A DNA stretch of 33,069 bases from positions 3,818-36,886 of the forward strand of contig JAGIAF010000001.1 of the NCBI GenBank assembly GCA_017745015.1, read 5' to 3'. Made by a program: the position numbers and the translations under genes. Below are positions 17,326-25,031 of this stretch, piece after piece. Below the pieces are notes generated by a model. It worked only from the letters and a program-made list of their open reading frames with translations, was not told where the DNA came from and made no database searches. Numbering within the stretch: position 1 is the first letter of the stretch; the number at the start of each line of letters is the position of its first letter. Source of the stretch: Bdellovibrio sp. Its GTDB lineage: Bacteria > Bdellovibrionota > Bdellovibrionia > Bdellovibrionales > Bdellovibrionaceae.

Positions 17326-18864
17326 CTATGGGTTGAGTCGTAGGAGCAGGTCGTCGTTGCTGAGGCTTTTCACGCTTTTTACTTTCAGAGAGATTCCTTC
17401 AGCTAGCGGTAAGGTTGGCAAGTTGAACTTGTTGGTTTTGCCGGAGATGGAGCCTACGACGCGATCGCGGATGGTGCTGGCTGAGAATCTTTGCGATGGC
17501 GAATAGTTCTTAACGTAAGTCGGGTCCCATTGATAGTTTAACGTCAGAGCCGTGTTTTTAAAACTCGCGCTCATCACACCGTTATCAACTGCCAGATCCA
17601 ATTTTGTACTAAATGGCATTGTGAAATACATGAAGTTTACATAGCCACTGGATTTAGGAGCCTGCATGCGCGAGATCAAGTTCAGTTTCACGTTGTAACT
17701 CATTCCGCTGCCGGAGATTTGAGGATCTTTATTAGAATACAAATCAAAACGGAATTTTGCGGACTTTGAGTAATCCATTAACTCGGGCCAAATGAACATC
17801 TGCGCAAAACGTGAGTTCATGATGGTCGAGAATCCCGGAAGCTGGGATGAACTCAGTGTATGAACCCAGGAGTCTGCGGCGTAAGCCTCATTCAAGAGTT
17901 CTTTGGCAAATTCACCCGGAACCATCAAACCAGCTTCAGCACCTTGATTCAAAATGACCGCAGTCTTTGAAAGAGTCAGAACTTTCGCATTCCCCGTCTT
18001 AGAGTTTTTGAAAGTCACAAAGATGTGACCGCGAGCCACCATGGCTTTGGTGTTCTCATCTTCAGTATAGCTATCAATACTCATAGACATTGAAATATCA
18101 TTACGTGCCGTCACCAATTGACGTGGCAATGACAAATCCAATTCATAGCTTGAAAGATACTTAGCAACTTGCTCTTTAATAGTGCTTTTTTGTGGATTCA
18201 CGAAACTGTCAGAATCGTTAGAGATCTTTTGTACTTCATCGCGCAAGACCACATCGAAACCTTCAGCACCGGTACAAGTAAAGTCACCAACTTCCCAACT
18301 GCCTGGGCTCCATGAAAGACTCACATCTTGAACTTCACCGCCAACGGCAGTTGATCCCACATTTGGTTTTAATATAATTCCAAATTTTCCTTGGCCGGAT
18401 TTTAGTTTTAGTCCCACATTCTCACATTTCGCTTGGATTCTGAACTTCCCTATCATTCCGCCAACTTCTTTTTCGATAATAGTATCGACAGAAACCTCGG
18501 CAATTTGAATTTCCGCCGAAAGGTCCTGCGAAGACAACTGGAGTAAAGCCTTAGAATCCGCAAGGGATGGCTTTTTCAAGTTGGACTTCACCGCAATTGT
18601 TATACCCTTGAAATTCACCGGCGCTTGAGAAGTTTGAATTATTTGATCAGAAAGTTTCCAGTTTCCTTGAAACTCTTGGGTGGAAAGAGAATTCCATTTT
18701 TTCTCGATCAAACTTTGCTGAAATTGTCGAGGAAGTTGCAACTCGAATTCCGAGTCAATTGTGGAGGAGGAAAAAGCATTCTGAGATATCAAGAATGTGA
18801 ATGCCGCGACCGATAGAGATTTTGTTAACTGAGCTCTTTGTTTTTTCATCTTGTTTGTCATCAT
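17326..18864 (-). CDS. Secreted hypothetical protein, possibly BPI/LBP (TULIP)-like fold
   Basis: 512-aa ORF with signal peptide (..QNAFS); long amphipathic strands and helices in two halves; one Cys pair. Fold call is pattern-based only; exact start uncertain (18864/18861/18849). Confidence 0.7.
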   Translation of the reverse strand: MMTNKMKKQRAQLTKSLSVAAFTFLISQNAFSSSTIDSEFELQLPRQFQQSLIEKKWNSLSTQEFQGNWKLSDQIIQTSQAPVNFKGITIAVKSNLKKPSLADSKALLQLSSQDLSAEIQIAEVSVDTIIEKEVGGMIGKFRIQAKCENVGLKLKSGQGKFGIILKPNVGSTAVGGEVQDVSLSWSPGSWEVGDFTCTGAEGFDVVLRDEVQKISNDSDSFVNPQKSTIKEQVAKYLSSYELDLSLPRQLVTARNDISMSMSIDSYTEDENTKAMVARGHIFVTFKNSKTGNAKVLTLSKTAVILNQGAEAGLMVPGEFAKELLNEAYAADSWVHTLSSSQLPGFSTIMNSRFAQMFIWPELMDYSKSAKFRFDLYSNKDPQISGSGMSYNVKLNLISRMQAPKSSGYVNFMYFTMPFSTKLDLAVDNGVMSASFKNTALTLNYQWDPTYVKNYSPSQRFSASTIRDRVVGSISGKTNKFNLPTLPLAEGISLKVKSVKSLSNDDLLLRLNP

Positions 18865-18951
18865 GTTCTTAAGTTACGGCTTCTTGAGTTAAATCTAAAG
18901 ATTCTTTTTGAAGAGGAATCGAAAAAAGACATAAGTATGAGGACACCTGAA

Positions 18952-21900
18952 ATGAAATTCCTGAAACCTTCTTTTTCCGTCAAATCTCTCTGCATTATTT
19001 CTTTGATTTCAATTTTGTCTCTGACAATTCTGAGTGTCTTTGCACTTCCGAAATTACAAACGCAGTACAGCCTGAAACAATTTCTTCCTAAAGATAATGC
19101 TCTTCTTATGGAAGATGAAAAGACTCGACAAACATTTCAGCTCTCTGAAGCGCAACCCTTCATCATCACAGCGAAACTACCTCAGGGAGACGAAACTTGG
19201 TTTCACGAAGGTAAAATTGCATGCCTCGCACAATTGACTGATTTACTGGCTCACTTTCCGGGAGTCAAAAACACGCTGAGCTTAGCAACAGTTCAAGGAG
19301 CTATCAATAGCGATTCTGGACTGAGTGTCGGACCTTTACTTAAGAACTTACCTTTTAAAAAATGGCAAAGCGAAACAGTTAGCAATCCTTTGATCTCCCC
19401 GACCTTGATTTCTAACGACGGCAAAACTGTTTCTATTATTGTGAACATTCGTCTTTTAAATACTCATGAGATCACGCAGCTTCGTCAGAATCTAGAGGTC
19501 ACTGCGACAGCAGGTCTGCCATTTGCTCGCATTGATATTGGCGGAACTCCCGCAGTTCAAACAGACATCGGCGTACTTCTGCAGTCAGAGATTCGAAATT
19601 TCGTAGTTCTCGGTTTCGTAGCCTGCTTCGTGGTACTCGCGTTAATCTTTTCGAATTGGGCACCTCTTATTAGTTCCTTTATCATTATCTTATGCGCGAA
19701 CATTCTTGTTCTCGCTATCATGGCTCTGAGTGGATTTCCGTTCTCGATTCTCTCCAGCACCATTCCCATTCTGACAACGGTAGACGTGGTCTCTCTCTGT
19801 ATCCATACGCTATTAAGATATGCCGAGGAAAAGAAACACCATCCATATAAGACTCACGAGGATTTGGTGCTTTCCACTTTGCGCGCTATCTGGCGTCCAA
19901 ACTTAGTGGCATCCACCACCACGATGATTGGCTTCTTGAGCTTGGTCGTAACGAAAGTGCCTTTGATCCGAGATTACGGAATCACGGCTGCGATCTCTAT
20001 TATTGTGGGTTACATCGTAACAACTGTTTTGATGCTTCCTTTACTGATGTACCTCCCAGGACCTCGCGCCCGCGAATGGGCCTGGAGCAAAGCGCGCTGG
20101 GGGCTTTACCTTTTCCGTCGCGCGGGGGTTTGGACCTTCCTTATTGTCTTAGTTTGTACGGCCTTAGCATTTAAGGGACAAAGCCTTTCTTGGACAGCTC
20201 GTCTTTTTGATGACCTTCCAAAGAATCACCAAGTGCGCCTTTCTACGGAAGCCATTGATAAAGAACTTGGTGGAATGATTCCGGTCGACATCGAAGTTAT
20301 CGGCGCAAAAGATGTGTGGAACGATCCGCAACTTTTAAGCAAGCTTGATAACTTACTGACGGATATCAGAAAGTATCATGGCGTGGGAAGTGTTGTTGGT
20401 TTGCCGGATTTGGTAGCGGCCGCCAATATTCATCATTCTCGCTTACCTGCAAGCCGTAGCTCCACAGCTGAGATATTCTTTCTTTATTCATTATCTCATG
20501 AAAGCCCCTTAAAGAATTTCTTGAATGCGGATGGATCTAAAACGCGAATCTCAGTTCGCACCCAAGACTTGCCAGGTAATGATCTTCATTCCTTGGTGGA
20601 AGAACTTAAAGCAAAAACTATTGCGACCTTCCCGGATATGACAGTGCAAGTGACTGGTATGGGATCTACGATTCATCATTTAAATAATGATCTATCCCAT
20701 GAATTGATCTTTGGATTCTGGCATTCCATGGCGGCCATTCTGGTTATTTTGGCTTTCGTATTTAAATCACTGCGCTGGTCTTTGGTGGCGTGCATTCCAA
20801 ATTTAGTTCCACCAGCAGCTCTTCTGGGATTTCTTGCCATTTCACAAACACCCATCAAGCCGAGTGTTGCGATTATTTTTTCCATCGCTTTAGGATTGGC
20901 GTTCAACAATACGGTTTACTTTTTAGAGCGTCTGCGTGTGCTTTCAAAAACACGACCTGGTGGCGGATTGAATGTCGAGAAAACCCTGTGGCTTGAAGGA
21001 AATCCATGTCTGATTTCAAGTCTTACTTTACTTGCTGGATTCTCGGTTTTTATGGCGTCGTACTTTGCCATGAATCGTATTTTTGGTTTCTATATGCTTT
21101 TGTCGATGCTCGCTGGACTGGTGGGAGATTTGATTCTTCTCCCGACCCTCTTGAAAAGTTGTCCATGGCTACTCACACCTTTATCCTGGAAACGGGAGAA
21201 AGCTATGGCAACATTATCCGCTCTGATCTTAGGATTTGCATTACTCGGTACGCCGGAAACAGCTCGCGCCCAAAGCATGACCATCGATAAACTTTCTCAA
21301 GAAATGAGTTCCCGCGCAAAAACTCATGATGAGCAGTTCACGGTTCAAATGGCGATATTGGAAGCCGATGGTTCCAGCAAAGATCGTCAAATGAAAGTAT
21401 GGCGCCTGAGCCCTGCGAAAAAAGAACACTATTTGATTGCGCGTATGGAAAAACCCCAAGATCTGAAGGGCACCGCTTTACTGGCGACACTGAAGGGCGA
21501 TAAGGAAGAAAAGTGGATTTATCTTCCCAGCACCAAACAGACTCGCCGTCTAACGGGTGAAAGTGGTCAGGGTGGAATCTTAGGTTCAGAACTGAGCACC
21601 GAAGATTTTGATTTCAATCACGATCAAAGCGCCAGCAATCTGATAAAAAAAGAAGTGGAAATCAAAGGGAAGAAATATTACGTGGTCGAGAGCGACGTTA
21701 ACAACACCTCCGCCAACTATTCAAAGATTGTCAGCTTTGTGCACGCCACAGAGTTTCTACCTATCAAATCTGAATGCTATGACAAACAAGGCAAACTCCT
21801 AAAGACCATCGACTTTCTAGAATATAAAAAACTTGCTGGCAATAAATGGCGTCCCGGAAAAATAAAAATCAAAAACATTCAAAACAAACGCGGAACTGAT

Positions 21901-21978
21901 ATAGTTCTCAGTGATATCAAAATTAATCAAAACCTCAAACCGAGCCGTTTTACTCCAAAGGCTTTGGCTGATGAGTGA
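18952..21978 (+). CDS. MMPL/RND family transporter fused in frame to an outer-membrane lipoprotein-sorting (LolA-like) domain
   Basis: Two RND repeats (IGGTPAV, ASTTTMIGFLSL, IPNLVP, SIALGLAFNNTVYFL, GDLILLPTLL), then PQDLKGTALL..WIYLPSTKQTRR..GSELSTEDF..YDKQGKLLK; GAGGA RBS supports ATG 18952. Confidence 0.9.
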   Translation: MKFLKPSFSVKSLCIISLISILSLTILSVFALPKLQTQYSLKQFLPKDNALLMEDEKTRQTFQLSEAQPFIITAKLPQGDETWFHEGKIACLAQLTDLLAHFPGVKNTLSLATVQGAINSDSGLSVGPLLKNLPFKKWQSETVSNPLISPTLISNDGKTVSIIVNIRLLNTHEITQLRQNLEVTATAGLPFARIDIGGTPAVQTDIGVLLQSEIRNFVVLGFVACFVVLALIFSNWAPLISSFIIILCANILVLAIMALSGFPFSILSSTIPILTTVDVVSLCIHTLLRYAEEKKHHPYKTHEDLVLSTLRAIWRPNLVASTTTMIGFLSLVVTKVPLIRDYGITAAISIIVGYIVTTVLMLPLLMYLPGPRAREWAWSKARWGLYLFRRAGVWTFLIVLVCTALAFKGQSLSWTARLFDDLPKNHQVRLSTEAIDKELGGMIPVDIEVIGAKDVWNDPQLLSKLDNLLTDIRKYHGVGSVVGLPDLVAAANIHHSRLPASRSSTAEIFFLYSLSHESPLKNFLNADGSKTRISVRTQDLPGNDLHSLVEELKAKTIATFPDMTVQVTGMGSTIHHLNNDLSHELIFGFWHSMAAILVILAFVFKSLRWSLVACIPNLVPPAALLGFLAISQTPIKPSVAIIFSIALGLAFNNTVYFLERLRVLSKTRPGGGLNVEKTLWLEGNPCLISSLTLLAGFSVFMASYFAMNRIFGFYMLLSMLAGLVGDLILLPTLLKSCPWLLTPLSWKREKAMATLSALILGFALLGTPETARAQSMTIDKLSQEMSSRAKTHDEQFTVQMAILEADGSSKDRQMKVWRLSPAKKEHYLIARMEKPQDLKGTALLATLKGDKEEKWIYLPSTKQTRRLTGESGQGGILGSELSTEDFDFNHDQSASNLIKKEVEIKGKKYYVVESDVNNTSANYSKIVSFVHATEFLPIKSECYDKQGKLLKTIDFLEYKKLAGNKWRPGKIKIKNIQNKRGTDIVLSDIKINQNLKPSRFTPKALADE
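21205..21978 (+). CDS. Nested in-frame ORF: LolA-like protein with its own RBS and signal peptide
   Basis: GGGAG-AAAGCT-ATG at 21205; MATLSALILGFALLGTPETARA/Q is a signal peptide with an AxA site; same frame as the RND ORF. Confidence 0.6.
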   Translation: MATLSALILGFALLGTPETARAQSMTIDKLSQEMSSRAKTHDEQFTVQMAILEADGSSKDRQMKVWRLSPAKKEHYLIARMEKPQDLKGTALLATLKGDKEEKWIYLPSTKQTRRLTGESGQGGILGSELSTEDFDFNHDQSASNLIKKEVEIKGKKYYVVESDVNNTSANYSKIVSFVHATEFLPIKSECYDKQGKLLKTIDFLEYKKLAGNKWRPGKIKIKNIQNKRGTDIVLSDIKINQNLKPSRFTPKALADE

Positions 21979-22666
21979 TCAGACGTTTTTTCAATGAACC
22001 GTCGCTTTTCATACTGGCGATGGCTTCACTGAACGCTTTCGCCATCTTGCGACCTTCTTCATCATCTCTAAAAGCATAATACACATCTTGTCGTGAAAGC
22101 GGCTGGGTGCTGTCGTAAGTAACGCCCTCAACATGACTTTGCTCTAATGCTTGGAGTCCCGAGCGCTCCTCCACGACAAAGGCGTCGATACTGCCTTTGG
22201 AGAGTTTTTTCATATTAGTGACATCGTCGGCGGCATATTCAAAGTGAATTTTCTTGTTTGCCGTAAGTTGCGCAACGTAGGGATAGCGAAAAGTTAAACC
22301 CACTTTCTTGCCTTCTAAATCTTTGAAAGTTTTAAGGGGTTTGTTTTTGCGATAAAAAACGAAGTCGATCTTCTCATAGAAAGGCAGCGTCTTCACTGCA
22401 TTCTTGGGAGTATAAACATCCAGTGCGGGAAAAAGACCTTCGAACTTTCCATTGGTAAAATGCAACAACGCTTTACCTGTGGGAACGATCTCAATTTCAA
22501 GATCAATTTTTCCGCGTTGAGCGATATCTCTTGTTAGATCAACAAAGAGACCGCGCTGCGAGTTTTCAACCATGAGGGGAATTGCGAATGTGACCATACG
22601 CAGTGGCTTGGCATATGCTAAGAAGGGACATAAGAAAGAAAGACACAGAAATCTCTTCACACCCAT
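21950..22666 (-). CDS. Periplasmic substrate-binding protein (family 3-like)
   Basis: Signal peptide; GLFVDL, DLEGKKVG, KLSKGSIDAFV, YYAF, MKSDGSL motifs; no ABC partner adjacent. Confidence 0.82.
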   Translation of the reverse strand: MGVKRFLCLSFLCPFLAYAKPLRMVTFAIPLMVENSQRGLFVDLTRDIAQRGKIDLEIEIVPTGKALLHFTNGKFEGLFPALDVYTPKNAVKTLPFYEKIDFVFYRKNKPLKTFKDLEGKKVGLTFRYPYVAQLTANKKIHFEYAADDVTNMKKLSKGSIDAFVVEERSGLQALEQSHVEGVTYDSTQPLSRQDVYYAFRDDEEGRKMAKAFSEAIASMKSDGSLKKRLITHQPKPLE

Positions 22667-22728
22667 AATTAAGTAGATGTTTATTAAGCAAATTTAGCAA
22701 GATGATTATGGCGCCTGTCTAGGTAGAT

Positions 22729-23496
22729 TTAACGAAAGGACTTGAGAGCTAAAATCGAAAGCGGCTTTCCCATAAAACCCTCACGAGCTGGCAATTCGAA
22801 GCCTTGGTTTTTCAGAGCGCGCTTTAAAGAAGAACGACATGAGTACGTTGTTAGTAGGCTTGGTTCGGACGCACCAACACGCAACAACTGAGTGAGAAAC
22901 TCCTCTTCCCACAAATGCGGGGAGGTCTTCGCACTAAAGGCATCGTACATGATGGCGTGATAGCGCGTTTTAAAAACGACGTTTTGATCAAGTGCTCCGT
23001 CGATATCCTCAAGACTTTTAAAGTGACCTCTTAAGAAGTCTTTGACCTGCACCGCCGAAACCTCTGACTTCATCAAGACACATTTCAAAACCGCATTATA
23101 GGTTGCAACGACTTCGGGATGAATCTCTTCGAAGCGATCATGCAGCCATAAATAAAAGAACTGGCGCAAATCAGGTAAAGCTTCAAAACTGGTGATCAAC
23201 CCCACGGTTTTTCCCAAACGCAAAGCCTCCCGAGCGATGTTCATCTCGATATAGCCAAGCCCTAACCCCACTATCATAAAATGAGGGTCTTTTACCTTTC
23301 CCAAAATCATGGCCGCTGGTTCACCGTAAATCATGTTTGTTTCAGTATTCGCACCGCCGGAGTGGTGCATAGACTCACCGTTGGGCTTGGTCGGATCGAC
23401 AGATTCCAAAAGACGTAACGTCGGACTCTCATCTCGAGTGATTTCGATCTCAAATCCGATATCCTGCCATGATTTCACTCGTTGACTATCAATCAT
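22729..23496 (-). CDS. MnmD/MnmC-methyltransferase-like tRNA mnm5s2U34 methyltransferase (stand-alone)
   Basis: TRDESPTL, ESMHHSGGA, VGLGLGY, YDAFSAKTSPHLW, TYS..LKRAL..GF; no FAD oxidase domain. Start may be GTG at 23478. Confidence 0.8.
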   Translation of the reverse strand: MIDSQRVKSWQDIGFEIEITRDESPTLRLLESVDPTKPNGESMHHSGGANTETNMIYGEPAAMILGKVKDPHFMIVGLGLGYIEMNIAREALRLGKTVGLITSFEALPDLRQFFYLWLHDRFEEIHPEVVATYNAVLKCVLMKSEVSAVQVKDFLRGHFKSLEDIDGALDQNVVFKTRYHAIMYDAFSAKTSPHLWEEEFLTQLLRVGASEPSLLTTYSCRSSLKRALKNQGFELPAREGFMGKPLSILALKSFR

Positions 23497-23530
23497 TGAC
23501 TTCCCGCAAAATAAAACCCATAAACGCCCT

Positions 23531-24538
23531 ATGGAAAAAGGCTGGTTGGGACTTCCCTATCACACAATTAGCGAGCACTACAATCAACTCTTTGGCGAGA
23601 AGGTCTATAAGATCCCGGTCACTGTGGTTGATAACTGCCCTAATCGTATGGGCCTTAAAGGCATGCAGACCTGCGTTTTCTGTGATGTGTGGGGCTCTGC
23701 TGCCAACGCCGAAGCCATGACCATGGAACTTCGCGAGCAGATCGAAAAATATCACGCGCATATTTCCAACCGCTATAATGCCAAGGCTTTTTTGATCTAC
23801 TTCCAAGCCTACACCAACACTTTTACGAAAGTGTCTTCTCTGCGCAATAACTTTGATATCGCTTTGTCGTATCCATGGGTGAAGGGTTTTACCTTGGGCA
23901 CCCGCCCGGATTGCCTTTCAAAGGCCGTATTGGATCTTTGGAACGAGTATCACGAAAAATCCTTTGTGGCCGTGGAGATGGGCGTTCAGAGCTTCTTTAA
24001 TGATGAACTGGAGTTCATGCGTCGCGGACACACCGCTGAGGCATCCTTGGAAGCCATTCATAAAATCGCGCAGAATACGAAAGTTGATTTGGGAATTCAT
24101 TTAATCTTCGGAAGTCCGCAAGAGACCGATGAACGCATCGTGAAGACGGCGGAGATCGTAAACACACTTCCCATCACCAACGTAAAGCTTCACAACTTAC
24201 ACGTACTAAAACAAACGCCTCTCGAAGAGATGTATCACCGTGGAGAGTTCTCTCCGATTGATCAGGAGACTTACACTCGTCGTGTGGAGCTCTTCTTAAA
24301 GCATCTTTCCCCGCGTTTTGCCCTGCACAGATTGGCTGCGTATTCGTCTCGCTGGGATGAATTGGTGGCGCCTGCATGGACGAAGAATAAAATGGGCACT
24401 CATCAGGCAATTATCGATCATTTACGTGCTCACGGTTCGTATCAATCGCAGCTTTTCACTGCGAATTCAGACGCGGAACTCACTGCCCAAGCTCATTTGC
24501 TAAAAAAATCACGCCGCGTGGACACAACTCTTGCTTAA
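23531..24538 (+). CDS. TIGR01212 radical SAM protein (YhcC/YtqA-like)
   Basis: CPNR-x8-CVFC, YFQAYTNT, GTRPDC, VEMGVQS, RGHT, HLIFG, VKLHNLHVLK. Confidence 0.92.
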   Translation: MEKGWLGLPYHTISEHYNQLFGEKVYKIPVTVVDNCPNRMGLKGMQTCVFCDVWGSAANAEAMTMELREQIEKYHAHISNRYNAKAFLIYFQAYTNTFTKVSSLRNNFDIALSYPWVKGFTLGTRPDCLSKAVLDLWNEYHEKSFVAVEMGVQSFFNDELEFMRRGHTAEASLEAIHKIAQNTKVDLGIHLIFGSPQETDERIVKTAEIVNTLPITNVKLHNLHVLKQTPLEEMYHRGEFSPIDQETYTRRVELFLKHLSPRFALHRLAAYSSRWDELVAPAWTKNKMGTHQAIIDHLRAHGSYQSQLFTANSDAELTAQAHLLKKSRRVDTTLA

Positions 24539-24833
24539 TTTCTGAACAATTTAAGATCGTGTAAGATCAGCACAGATAAATTTCAGGTTCTTGGACGAGG
24601 AATCGCACATTTAGACCTGGACCTTAGTTTTACCCTCGTAGATTGACAGTGTTTTGCACTCTTTTTTCGCACGACAGATGAGTCAACAGGATCATTTAAT
24701 CTGCTTAATTGATGAGCAACGTCACAAAAAAGTTGGCGTTATTTCAAAAAAAACTCTTGTAACTTCCTCCAAAGGGTTACAAAGTTGGAATTGAGATCGA
24801 CACCCGCCTTATTGATGAGGCACCTAGAACAAA

Positions 24834-24849
24834 CCCCTAGATATAGGGG
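24834..24849. promoter_or_regulatory. NrdR box
   Basis: CCCCTAGATATAGGGG fits the acaCwAtATaTwGtgt palindrome, about 180 bp upstream of nrdA. Confidence 0.72.
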
Positions 24850-25031
24850 TTGCCGGAAGAGAAACTGAAGGCACAGGGAGGTACTGGACGTATCTACAGC
24901 TAAGGATTAGCAACTCAGTCTCAAACAATACTTACATCTAAATATATTAAACCGTGCCGATTTTTTACGAGGGGTGAAATTTCGGAGGGGATTTTTTTGC
25001 CCAAAAGGAACTGGGCAGAGGGGACAGCATC

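Noticed and set aside
18838-18951. N-terminal extension of the RND ORF given in the track
   Set aside because: TTG start overlaps the divergent gene and lacks an RBS; ATG 18952 has GAGGA.
24935-24950. Second NrdR box (CATCTAAATATATTAA)
   Set aside because: Lacks the conserved G in the right half and is 101 bp from the first box.
24971-25023. G-quadruplex over the nrdA RBS
   Set aside because: Four G-runs exist but loops of 12 and 22 nt are long and a competing hairpin uses one run.
24539-25031. Cobalamin riboswitch upstream of nrdAB
   Set aside because: No recognisable B12-box or conserved core motifs by eye; an Rfam scan would settle it.
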